Source: Mytilus trossulus
Taxonomy: Eukaryota
Assembly: GCF_036588685.1 (NCBI RefSeq)
Contig: NC_086381.1
Location: forward strand, 39,122,001 to 39,186,000
Direction: 5' to 3'
Length of the DNA: 64,000 nt
Positions 1-11,226 of this stretch are shown one piece after another. The notes beneath the pieces were generated by a model, which saw nothing but the letters and a program-made list of their open reading frames with translations, did not search any database and had not been told where the DNA came from. Position 1 is the first letter of the stretch, and each line of letters opens with the position of its first letter. A program made the translations under genes and the position numbers.

Positions 1-148
1 CTTCCTGGTGATGCTCGCCTTTACTGTCCTGCTATAGTGGTTTGAAAAATATTGTGTATAGAAGTAAACATTTTCGGTCACGATTTTGTAGCTTAAATTT
101 AACTTCAGTAAGATCCTTAAATGTATTTATAGTTTTTTATTTTTACAG

Positions 149-3100
149 CTGAGTATTCAAACTACAGTAAAATTCCATTGAATGAACATCGATCCCAGCA
201 ATATGTACCAGCCGAAGTCCAGGCAGATGAAACTGATACATCATCAATATATCACAAAGAAGATGGAGATAAACAACCGTCACTTACTTTACTGAAAAAT
301 CAACACTTTGCCAAACCTGAATTATATTCTGAAGGGGATCAACCACCTCCATATACACTAGTTGAACATATATGTGTTGTAACAGATACCTCTCCAACAT
401 TCAACAACGTGCCTGCTTTGGTAGATCAACCAACGTCCTTAGCTTCTTTCGTTCCATATGAACTTGAGTATCAAAAGATTTCTACTACAAAGGTAAGTGA
501 TTTCTATATAAAAGGATGTATAGGGGTAAGTGAAAACTGGAATCAGGCGACTTGAAGCAGGAGTGACGGGAGGGAAGTGAGATTAAGACGAGGGTAACTT
601 GTTGAAGGCTCATCAAATCTATTAAAAACGGGTCTAAAACAGAGGCATATGATACCAACCGTACAATATTGGTTTACGTCGAAAAGAAACCAGACAACAC
701 AATTGCATTTTGACCTTTGTAGATAATTGCCTCATTTGCAATACCACATATACTTATTTTAAACAGTAGACATGAACACTACAAATAGTTATCAAAGGTA
801 CAAGGATTATAATTTAATACACCAGACGCGCGTTTCGTCTTCATAAGACTCATCAGTGACGCTCAGATCAACATAGTTATATACCCAAACAAGTACAATG
901 TTGAAAGGTTATGCCAAATACGGCAAAGGTAATCTATTCCTTGGATAAGAAAATCCTCAGTGTTTCGAAAAATTCAAAGTTTTGTAACAGGAAATTTATA
1001 AAAATGACCATATTATTGATATTCATGTCAACAACGAAGTGCAAACTACTGGGCTGGTGATAACCCCCGGAGACAAAACCTTAAACTGATCACCGGTGTT
1101 TGCCGGGTTCCGCATGTAACATCCGTCGTGTTGATCAGTTTTAGTTATTTCCTTGGTATCAGGAGTGAACGCCTTCAAGACTTTTTTTTAATACATTTGT
1201 GCCACCAAAGTCTCATGCCCCTATAGGTATTGTAGGCAAATTACCTAATGCTGATTTGATGCTGAATCTCGGATCATTAGGTCACACTACAAATCAGTAA
1301 AAGTGTAAAATGACGTATTTCTGAACTCACTCGACTGTATTGAGTTTTACTCGACCAGTCTGAATTGGTCTGAAATTTACCTGGTATCACGTAACCTCAA
1401 TACTAATCATACTCGATTGTTCTGATTTGATTTTACCCTTATCTTTGCTATTGAAAAAAGTCTGAAACATTACTCCACCAGTCTGAAACAGTCTTTATCC
1501 ATTCTCGACATGTACTCGACCTGTACTCAACCAATTCTCAACCGTTTTTATTCAGTCTGAACTATACTATCAAATGCCTGAACAAAACTCGACCAGTCTG
1601 AACCATACTTGACAAAATAACATCTACTTTTTTAATTTTTAACTATTAAATTTACTTTCTTTTTGAAGCCAAGATGAAATAAAGACACATAATTTTTACA
1701 TCCTCACATTAATCTCAGATTTACAAAATTGCTATAGTTTAATTATCTAATTTCAAATTCTGAGCCCTTTTCTCATGGACCTAAACTCGGTGCTGTGTTA
1801 TTCTAATGCAATTATATTGTATCAATGGTTCTGATTGGATGACAGTTAGCTTAAATTTCTCTATCTCCTTGTCTGTAGTCTGTAACTAAGAAAGCCGACA
1901 TTTTGAAATGCTGAATGTATTGACATTTAATTTCTACAATAATAAGCCAAAAAACTCGCATGTTGCACCGTATTTTTTTTTATCAAATTTCATTACATTC
2001 TGAAGCGGCACAGAAGCCAGAAAGTTTATCTTTGACCCCGGGAGCATACATATGACGTCACCTAGTGTAGGGACCAAAGAAGATAACATCGTTTCGTGGA
2101 ATTTTCATAAATGAAGATTTTTAACCGAAATAATGATTGAAATTTAAATATGAACTTGTTTTGCGTTAGAATAGGGATACCTGTATTGTATTTGAAGCTT
2201 AAAGGACGTCCATCAGTGGTTTTACTGTCGCAAATACCCGTTTTCCTGTCCCCGCTCCGCGTCGCCAGGTAAACTAAATTTGCGACAGTAAAACTACCGA
2301 TGGACGTCGTTAAAGCTTCAAATACAATACAGTTATCTCTTAAGTTTAACTCACACGTAAATTAAACACAATTACGTTGCCATTGATAAAACTCAATGTT
2401 TACATGTAGTTTAAATCATGTTTTGTCTACATGCAGTCGATAGTCAATGTAGGCCTTTTGTAGATTTAGTGTACACAAAACAAGGCATTTAAAACATCAA
2501 TTTTACCATGTATATAAAAGATTAACACAATTTTTTATAATGATAACAATTATCGATAAAAGAGGGACGAAAGATACCAAAGGGACAGTCAAACTCATAA
2601 ATCTAAAACAAACTGACAACGCCATCGCTAAAAATGAAAAAGACAAACCGACAAACAATAGTAAACAAAACACAACATAGAACACTAAAGAATAAACAAC
2701 ATGAATCTCACCAAAAACTAGGAGTGATCTCAGGTGCTCCAAGAAGGGTAAGCAGCTCCTGCTCCACATGTAGCACCCGTCGTGTTGCTTATGTGATACC
2801 AAATCCGGTAAATAGTCTTATTCGGTAGGTCACACTCATGAAAGGAAAAGGGATTGTAGTTAAGACGTAAGGAACATATCCGATATCATTTGTGAAACGG
2901 TTATTCCATAGCGGTTAACCAACTCGTGATGGCGTCCGTAAAATTTACGAAGGGATGATTTCAACTTCACCATTTGGAACTCTTGGTTTAGTAGCTTCCA
3001 TGTGAGTAGCAACCCTCTATTAAGAAAATCATGATAGGAAATGCAAGCACTGGAATATTGTATCAATTGGGAGGTATATACACCGTATGCAGGTGCTTCC

Positions 3101-4789
3101 CAGAAATATTTGTCTAAACTTGATATATTTATTTGTAATAAAAACAAAACTTTACGTAGCTTTATTAACCCCTTATCAAGACTCAAACCATAATCATTGC
3201 CAACACATAATTCATTTAAAATGGCTTTTCCGAATCGACGGGACGTACGCAGAAGAATTTGCCACTTGTCTTTACCCAACAAAGATTCACTCATTAGTGC
3301 ATTATTAAAAAAGGATGAAGTAAATTGCATTGTTTGTCTAGTATCTCAGATCTGTTAAAATACGTAAACACTCAGAAATAAAAAAAACCAATACCCCTCC
3401 CTTTGCCAAAAACTCATTGGAGAAGAAATACCATTTGAATCCTGTTTCTTCGTCTGTAAGCACGCTGCTGCAGCCTATGTTTTCAAATGCCTTAATCGAG
3501 ACATCGAAATGAGTGTTTACGGAAAAATATAAAAGTCATATGATCAAACATACAGCCTATCCCTCAAACAGTAACAATATATTCTACAGCTTTTTTCTGA
3601 AATTTTTAGACAAAGATGGAGGATATCGATGAACCTCCAGCACCCGGTTCCAATTATCGTTGGTTAGCCATTTTGTGTCTCTGCTGTTCCGTGATACCAG
3701 GTGGGATTGCTTTCGCTTATGCCACCAAAGTAAGTGTTGCATGATTTATGATGATGTATAATTAAAGAATCTAGGATAAACAAAAACATGGTGCAACAAT
3801 CGAACATTCCTTTTCCCCCATATCACTTTTAACCATTATTTGGTTTTATAATTTGTGATCATTATATAATGTAACTTCCATGAAAACTTCGAGAAGAATT
3901 GAAAAAGAAAGGTAGTATCAGGTCATTTTTACGATTTCCTACTGATTGCGTTCTATTCATCAATTAAAATTTGAAATTTAAAATTTAAAGTGCGGACACG
4001 GTAGAAAGTTTCGATTGAAACAAAAAAAGAAAAAAGTTAAAAAGCATTAAAAAGAAAAAAAAATGAAAGTACATGTATCAATAAAACAAGTAGTATACTT
4101 CAACTACTTTTTTTAATATAAATATTGTAAAATATGTTTTTACATTCCTGATTCCGGATTCTGTATTTGATAGCTAAACTTATTCCTTTTGATAATGTTG
4201 AATTATTTCATGATCTTATCTCGTTGATAATTTTTGCAGGAAATAGTTTCTCCACATTTTGTAAATAGTGTAAACTCAATTTTAGTTATGTTCATTTGTT
4301 AGTTGCATGAGTTTCTTTTTCTTATTTGTTTTGCTGTTTACAGTTTTCATAATGGTTTTCATGATTATTACGAAACACGTTAATTGAGTGAAAATTATGT
4401 TTACATCGAAATAAATTGTTATCATTATTATCAAAACCAAAGAAAATAAAATCATCCACTTTCAGTATTGTATTAAATGTACCCTTTTTCATTGCAAAAC
4501 TAATTGTTCATGGTGAAAAGTTGACAATGAAATGTTCTTTATATTGGTTGGTTTTCGTTTAAAATAATATACACGCATAAATAAACCAAAACCTTTTTAA
4601 AAGATTTTTACTATCTACAAACTGCACTAATAATTTTTGTTTTTGTAGGCAAACAAAGCGAGAGCACGAGGTGATTATGATGCAGCAAGAAAATATAACC
4701 GTTGGGCTTTGATTTGGATAGTTTCATCATTTGTTTGTGGAATTTTTTCAATCATCTCTTATCTCAAATATGAAAAATGGGGCCCTTAA
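149..4789 (+). CDS. CD225/dispanin (IFITM/PRRT-like) gene copy 1, 5' partial; exons 149-492, 3610-3729, 4649-4789 (ATG exon upstream of window); about 202 aa
   Basis: Canonical AG/GT sites with compatible phases (ttttacag|ct, aag|gtaagt, ttttag|aca, aaa|gtaagt, ttttgtag|gca). The spliced product contains SNYRWLAILCLCCSVIPGGIAFAYATK-ANKARARGDYDAARKYNRWALIWIVSSFVCGIFSII, the CD225 pattern (Y-x-x-x-AI, CC, P-x-G-x-A, GD-x-x-x-A, second TM). Confidence 0.88.
785..1080 (-). mobile_element. Non-LTR retrozyme family 1, partial monomer
   Basis: Non-coding interspersed repeat carrying the hammerhead; homologous to 15240-15760, 16105-16270, 29405-29885 and 46615-46860. Confidence 0.75.
820..861 (-). 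ncRNA. Minimal type I hammerhead ribozyme (retrozyme family 1), intact core
   Basis: Minus strand CGUCA-CUGAUGA-GUCUU(AUG)AAGAC-GAA-ACGCGCGU-C-UGGUG: stem I CGUCA/UGGUG, stem II 5 bp, palindromic stem III, GUC cleavage triplet. Confidence 0.85.
2172..2342. mobile_element. Foldback/MITE-like hairpin
   Basis: Near-perfect inverted arms of about 65 bp (ctgtattgtatttgaagctt...ttttactgtcgcaaat / atttgcgacagtaaaa...aagcttcaaatacaatacag) around a GC-rich loop. Confidence 0.75.
2557..3100 (-). mobile_element. 5'-truncated retroelement, Penelope-like RT C-terminus plus 3' end
   Basis: APAYGVYTSQLIQYSSACISYHDFLNRGLLLTWKLLNQEFQMVKLKSSLRKFYGRHHELV; further copies or 3' ends at 15820-16010, 18450-18645, 24600-24920, 34790-35505, 38000-38210 and 44860-45200. 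Confidence 0.65.
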
Positions 4790-4829
4790 AATAATAACCA
4801 GTCGCAGTGTTTATTCTTACCAAATACTT

Positions 4830-5415
4830 GTGAATGCATTATTAGTAAACGACAAAGCTGAACGAGCTATAACAATTAAACATCTCAGGTCTATAAGTGG
4901 TTCAGTTTAAGAAGTTTCAATGGCTGAGTATTTATGTTGAACAAATTTTCTTACTGACATGTTATATTCCTAAGAAGTTCTTACTAATAAATTATTGCTT
5001 TATGAGTTAGCTTGAATAGCTATGACAATTCGAAAATCTGAAGTTTATAGAGGGTACTTTAATTTCTCATTGCTGGGTAAAACTTGCATGTTTCACTCCA
5101 ACTAAGTATTATGACTGCATTATATCTATATATCATAGCTGGATAATAGATATGACAATTTAAAAATCTGAAGCCAAAGAGAGGGATTCAATTTTCCATG
5201 TCTGTGTACAATTTAAATAATCATTTTTTTTTAGAAAAACTAATTTAGTTATACCAATTAGAAAAATGAGATCCATAGAGAGGGAGTCAGCTTTTCATTG
5301 AAAGGGGAGGTGTAGTTTTTCCATGGAAGGGGGTTCAATTTGCCATTGCTGTGTAAAAACTCGTTTTATTTATACCAAGTACTAATTATTGCATTAATAA
5401 TAAATTCCAAGTCCA
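4830..5415 (+). repeat. Degenerate tandem repeat (about 120-150 bp) in the 3' region of dispanin copy 1
   Basis: agct...atagctatgacaatt-aaaatctgaag...gaggg-ttcaattt-ccattgctg recurs 4-5 times. Confidence 0.55.
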
Positions 5416-5423
5416 TGTGAAAA

Positions 5424-5682
5424 AAAAAATGTGGTATGATTGCCAATGATCCAACTATCCACAAAAGACCAAAATGACACAAACATTAACGACTATAGGT
5501 CACCGTACGCCCTTCAACAATGAGCAAAGCACATACCGCATAGTCAGCTATAAAAGGCCCCGATAAGACAACGTAAAACAATTCAAACGAGAAAACTAAC
5601 GGCCTTATTAATGTAAAAAAATGAACGAAAAACAAATATGTAACACATAAACAAACGACAACCACTGAATTATAGGCTCCTG
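5424..5682. repeat. Interspersed repeat family of about 260 bp (atgtggtatgattgccaatgagacaact...)
   Basis: Closely similar copies at 38420-38672 and 50940-51170, an inverted copy at 34110-34245, and variants at 6985-7068 and 57690-57876. Confidence 0.8.
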
Positions 5683-8142
5683 AAGTAGTTTGTTTCTATG
5701 GATATTGCCGTTTGCTTTTGTAGCAGTTCAGTGTGTATGTTGTTCCGTTGTTTTTCTCTTATAATTGATATGAACAGCAGTATGCCACTATTGCATTTAC
5801 TACTCAGCCAAAAAGGAACCCCTACCATAAAAAACTGAACCCCTTGTAGGCACTATCAGCGACGGCACAATATGTGAGAAGACGTTATGGAGCTTGCCTT
5901 CCTCAAGCATTAAACTGTCTCCGGGAGAGGAGAAAACCAACAACAGATCAGTAAACAGATTATTGTTTTTTTTTCGTATAGATATCGTAAAATATAAGCC
6001 GTACGACACAAGATTACTGCGCTTTTCGTCAAAAAGGTTCACATTGAGACTCGCAGTTGATATTAAATGACATCAATGTGTTGAAACCCCGATAATCTAT
6101 ACAAAGCTGTGTAGTAATCATATTCAAACGTGGATACAGGAATTTGTTAAGTACATAAGCATGCCTTGGTTCAATAATTTTAATAACAGAAACATTTCGA
6201 ATTCAATAATCTCGTTTCATTGGACTTTAATGTTATAACTGTTATTCTTGTACAGCTGATTAGTTGAATTTATGAAGAGTTGAATTAAAGCAAAAATGAT
6301 ATTGAGTATTAGTACATGCACAGTAAAAAAAAATGGAACAAAAAAAAACCATCGCTTTTATTGTTATCTTTTATCTCAAGTCACAGTGAGGCCTCCAAAA
6401 CGACGTAAAATAATAATAAAAAAGAACATCGCACCTAGTTGAATTTTGATTGTCTGTTTGTCTTTTTCATTTTTAGCCTTGGCGTTGTCTGTTTTTTTCT
6501 TCTTCGATTTATGAGTTTGACTGTCCCTTTGGTATTTTTCGTCCCTCTTTTATTGCAAGTTCAAGACGACCCATTTGATTTGAGAGGATTCTTTGCAAAA
6601 TAGTGTTTGTTTAATGAAACAGATAACAATTATGTCCGAAGTGTTAATGAACTGAACTAGAAGAAGAAGCAAACTGATAATCAATTATTGAAAAGCTTTC
6701 CACAAGACGAAGAAAACCCATGTTCCTTTGATATACATTGTCTTTAACCACACATTATTATCAGTTCTTAAAGTAAATATCTACTTAAATAAAACCCTTC
6801 TTTCCTATATGTCTTATTTTACAAGAGCTTGTTCATTAAATGCAGATAAAGTAGTCCAAATATAAATTATAATTTAAAAATTTCTTTTTTCTGCAAAGTT
6901 GGAAAAGGGGTCTTCTATTAATAAAACATACTTATGGGTAATATCATGTATCAACAACAGCAATTATGTATGTCTCAACTAGATATAAGAAGATGAAGAA
7001 TAAGTGCCAACTCTCTATCCAAGTCACAAGTTAACCATTACAGGCCAAAGTACGGCCATCAACACCGATTTTGGATTTAGACAACTTCCTGAACTGGTTC
7101 AAAATATCATTTCAAGTGAGATTATAGAATTCTTAAATGGGGGGGATACCAATTTTCTTAGTTATAAATTAATACAATAGGAAAACAAATAAAGCATAAC
7201 ATCTCACACTATGATTTGTTCAAAGATTCTTTTGACTGCAGAGGAGTAACGAAAATGCATGTTTCATTGTTTATAATCTAACAAATGCAAAAAAAAGAAA
7301 TTCAGATTGATTTACCTAAATGCATGCTAATTGACTAATAAAAAAGCTCCAATACCATAGTGTAGCAGTTTTAGGGCTATAATTTTTCATTAGAAAGTTA
7401 ATGTAAAATGATAACTAGCAAAAAATGTTATACATTTTTATTATGAATGATTATTTTCTAAAAATGGACTTTCCTATGCCTTTTTGTTATAGGAATAACA
7501 CCACTAATTCATAGCCCCTTCCATTCCATGTTGAATTCTGCAACTTCAAGCATTCATAACAAATTTGTTTAAGTTTGAATAAGGGTGTTGTCATTGCATG
7601 TCAAAACTATACCTTATCCTAATATAACAAATCAACATACTACCTTTAATTATAAAATAGAGTACACTGATTCCCGCAAGTTAAGTAATACAAAAACAGG
7701 AACTCCGGATGTGAGCAACATTCGAATACTAGTGAAATGACACTTTAAACAAGGATTACACAGGGATCCCGTAATAATTCTTTTGATAACAAAATTACCC
7801 AAATATTGCGTAAGAACTTTTTTTTTAAAATATGTACTTCTCTTTCTGACTGGGCTGAATTAAAAACAGTGGTTCTATACATGAAAATGTGCCGCTTACC
7901 TACATCGTCAACAATGGACATTTCTCAGTTAATAATTGTTTCTTCTAAATTTTTATCTTTTGTGGGTTTTGGAATCTAGTTAGTCTGATTTCTTTCTTAC
8001 TAGTGTTTCTATAGTAGCTTTAATCGTGCAGATAATTTTTATATTTTCAAAGTTTCTGTTTTTGATAATAATTTCGAAAAAATAGGAAATAAACAAAAAA
8101 TACATGATAAAAAAGAAATAACTGCAGACACGATTCGTTTGA

Positions 8143-8694
8143 TAAAGGACCTTATTTGGCCCAACATTTACTGCAAATTTAAAAGTTATCACACATACTC
8201 TTCAATTACTAAAAACTTTACTTAAGTATAAGGTACTAAGAAAAACAAAACAAATTTGACATCGAACAAGTTACCATGGCAACAAATCATAACCTAATTT
8301 GCATATTTTGTTAAATTTCGTGATTTTCCTTGTTGTTTCATCAAATTTTAAGTATATTTTAGATTGAAAAAGTATGTGCGCACCCAAGAAACAACTTTGT
8401 ATTTCGTCAGAATATGCCAATAGTTATAATAAAGCTTCTGTTAAATCATTTTGTTGTTTCTCGGTTGCGCAGGATGTTTTCAAAACGGAATTAAAGACCG
8501 AAAACTGCATAAATTCTGTATTTTTCATTGTTCTTGCTAAAACAGCACATATTATGACGCAATTGTGACGTCATCAGATAAAAATCTTTATGTTTTTCAT
8601 TTATATTTTCTTACCGTATGCATTTCTTAACATTATGTGCCAATTTGAAATGGCTATCAAACATTTCATTTTCTTGGGCTAAAACTAGGCCTTA
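8143..8694. mobile_element. TIR element ending at TTAA (Kolobok-like non-autonomous); a similar one lies at 13925-14321
   Basis: taaaggaccttatttggcccaa vs ttgggctaaaactaggccttaa form imperfect inverted termini. Confidence 0.45.
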
Positions 8695-8699
8695 ATGCC

Positions 8700-10110
8700 C
8701 CTACTCCTTTGGCAAAAATTGAGGATAGATGATATTTTTTTTTGTGAGGATAACGAAGAAAAATAAGAAGAAAATAAACCACTATTAAGAAATAAATCAG
8801 GCTGGATTCCAAAACTCACAAACGATAAAGATGTAGAAGAAACAATTAAAACAATAAAAACGAATTCACTTACAAGCAATAAAAATATCAAGCACAATTT
8901 AACCCAAGAGGAGAAAACAGCATTGTAAAATTTTAAATCAGATAAATCAATAACAATAATAATAGAAGCCGATAAAGCTAATGCAGTTGTAATCATGGAC
9001 TGTGAGTATAACAGAGAAATATTTTTAGATATGTTACAACATGAAATGTTTTATGAGGTGACAAATAAAAAAGAAGTTAAAAAACCCCAAGTAAAACGAT
9101 TAAAAATTACTAAAGAAACATAAGACGGAATTGTATAAAGAGACAATAAAGAAGAGATGGGTTACATTTCAAACTGTAAATTTTCAGTAATCTCTTTCTA
9201 TAATTTACCTAGAATTCACAAAAGTGAAGAGATTTCAAATAAGTTATCAGATCAAAACAGTGACTACATCGTACTTTTAGACCAAATGATTTAAGATTTT
9301 GACCTAATGTGATCGGACCTATCAGCGTGTACACACATAATGAACGACATTTTATAGACATTGCGCTTAAACCTTCATGTCGTTAAGTTCCCAGTTTTAT
9401 ACGAGACGATTTGGAATGGTTAAATCATCTACCAAGAACTGTAAATCTAAATTAATTCAGAACTTCTTACTTTTGATATCTCAGTCTTTACACAAATATT
9501 CCTCATGACTTAGGAATTACAGCCTTGAAATATTGGATAGAAAATACGGAAAACGTCATTTAAACAGATTAACAAACGATTTATTCTTACATATTTGAAA
9601 CTTACACTAAAAAGAAATATTTTTTACTTTGATAGCTCATACTCTCATCAGATAAAATGAACAGCTATGGATTCTAAAATGGCGCCTTCATATGCCAATT
9701 TGGAACAATTATTATACGAAACAATGGATCAATACGGAAATAAATTTGCCATTTTCATACGTCAAAAGTGGAAACGATTTTCTTGACGATTGTTTTATAA
9801 TTTGGAATTCGGATATATCTGTCTCAGATTTTTACTTTGATTTAAATTTTAATCCACATATTCGTTTCACTATTAACAGAAATGTCTAGAAATGCTGTTT
9901 TTGGATATTTTAGTATTTATAACGTAAGACAATGAAATTGTGACAGATATCTTCTCTAAAGATATGTATATAAAATTTTACTCAAACCATCAAAAACATG
10001 CAAAATTAAATAAACTTTTAACGTAAAAAATAATTAACATTTACCAGTACAGAAATACTACGACAGACCAGATATGAAGAACTTAAAGTGTATTTGAAAA
10101 AGCAATATTG
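8700..10110 (+). mobile_element. Degraded Penelope-like element reverse transcriptase
   Basis: Frameshifted motifs NLTQEEKTAL, EADKANAVVIMD, FYNLPRIHK, SLYTNIPHDLG, TAMDSKMAPSYANL, WKRFLDDCFIIW and FLDILV appear in Penelope RT order. Confidence 0.8.
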
Positions 10111-10139
10111 ATTAATATTACTTTTACTGTTTAGTCTGC

Positions 10140-10780
10140 ATTTTGTGGTATCCATGTAACGTGGCTCGGTACTTATATACCTCGTTATTGTTGTATGTTA
10201 TCTTTGTAATCTTGTCTCTTATATGTTTTGTATAATGCTGTGTATGATTCTTGGTTACATATGACGTTTTTCAGTCCTTATACATCCCGTCGTTATGTTG
10301 TTGTTCTATTATAATTTCTGTATTCTTGTCCTTCATTTTTGCTAATAAACTTTGTCTATGTGCCTTTTTGTGTTTCTGTCTTATATATGACGTGGCACGG
10401 TACTTATACATCCTTTCAGTATGTGTTTTTGCCATGGTTAATGTTAATATATTTGTTTGTTTCAAGAGTGATAACAAAATGTTGACTTCTGTATCCCTAT
10501 TATTTGACATATTTATTTTTTGTGTCTGTTTGTTTTATTCACATATCGTTGTCAATATATGGAATTGTATGCAACTGTTATACAAGTGAGATGTTTAGCT
10601 CGCTATGAAACTATATTTAATCCATCATTTCCTACATAAGACAATGCCTGTACCAACTCAGGAAATGAAAGTTCTTATCCATTTGTTTGATGTGTTTGAA
10701 CTTTTGATTTTGCCGTTTGATTAGGGATTTCCGTTTTGAACTTTCCTCGGAGTTCAGTACTTTTGTGATGTTACGTTTTG
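10140..10780. repeat. Interspersed repeat family ending ...ggagttcagtatttttgtgattttacttttt
   Basis: Related copies at 14655-14785, 27490-27680 and 42860-43770; inverted copies at 26725-27240 and 40463-40920. Confidence 0.7.
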
Positions 10781-10959
10781 GTCAAATTTAAACAAAATTC
10801 ACGAAAACAAATATATTTACACCGATTTTGAAAAAATACAACTGATTTATTACATGACATGCAATATGACACCCCCCCCCCCCTAATTTATTGAAATCTA
10901 AATTTTTGCAATTGCTCAAGGTAAAATATCTCAGGTGTGTTATAAAACTAACAATACCT

Positions 10960-11226
10960 TTCTCTAAAGTTAAAACACGGATGTCACATGAAAAAGCTTT
11001 AGAATTTAGATTGTAGGATAGTATGAAAAGCCTATTGAAAACAAACCAGTAACACACATCTTATCATTATAATCAGAAAAAAATCACAAATTCGGGTCAG
11101 AAGGGTGATGAAAAGAAACATTGTCATATGAAATTATGTAAATTTATGTTTTACCGCCAGAAAGGATGTATCTGCCAACTGCTTCTGCTTTTTGTCTGGC
11201 TTGACGTACACATGTTGATATAATGG
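10960..11226 (+). promoter_or_regulatory. Conserved promoter/5' UTR block of dispanin copy 2
   Basis: Aligns to 24100-24361 and 42378-42639: GTTAAAACAC, AAAGCCTATTGAAAAC, GTCAG, AAAAGAAA, TTGACGT, upstream ATG, ATGG|GTAA. Confidence 0.75.

Noticed and set aside
178-555. Track ORFs 178-555 and 26277-26564 as stand-alone genes
   Set aside because: They are exon A sequences read through splice sites from non-ATG starts.
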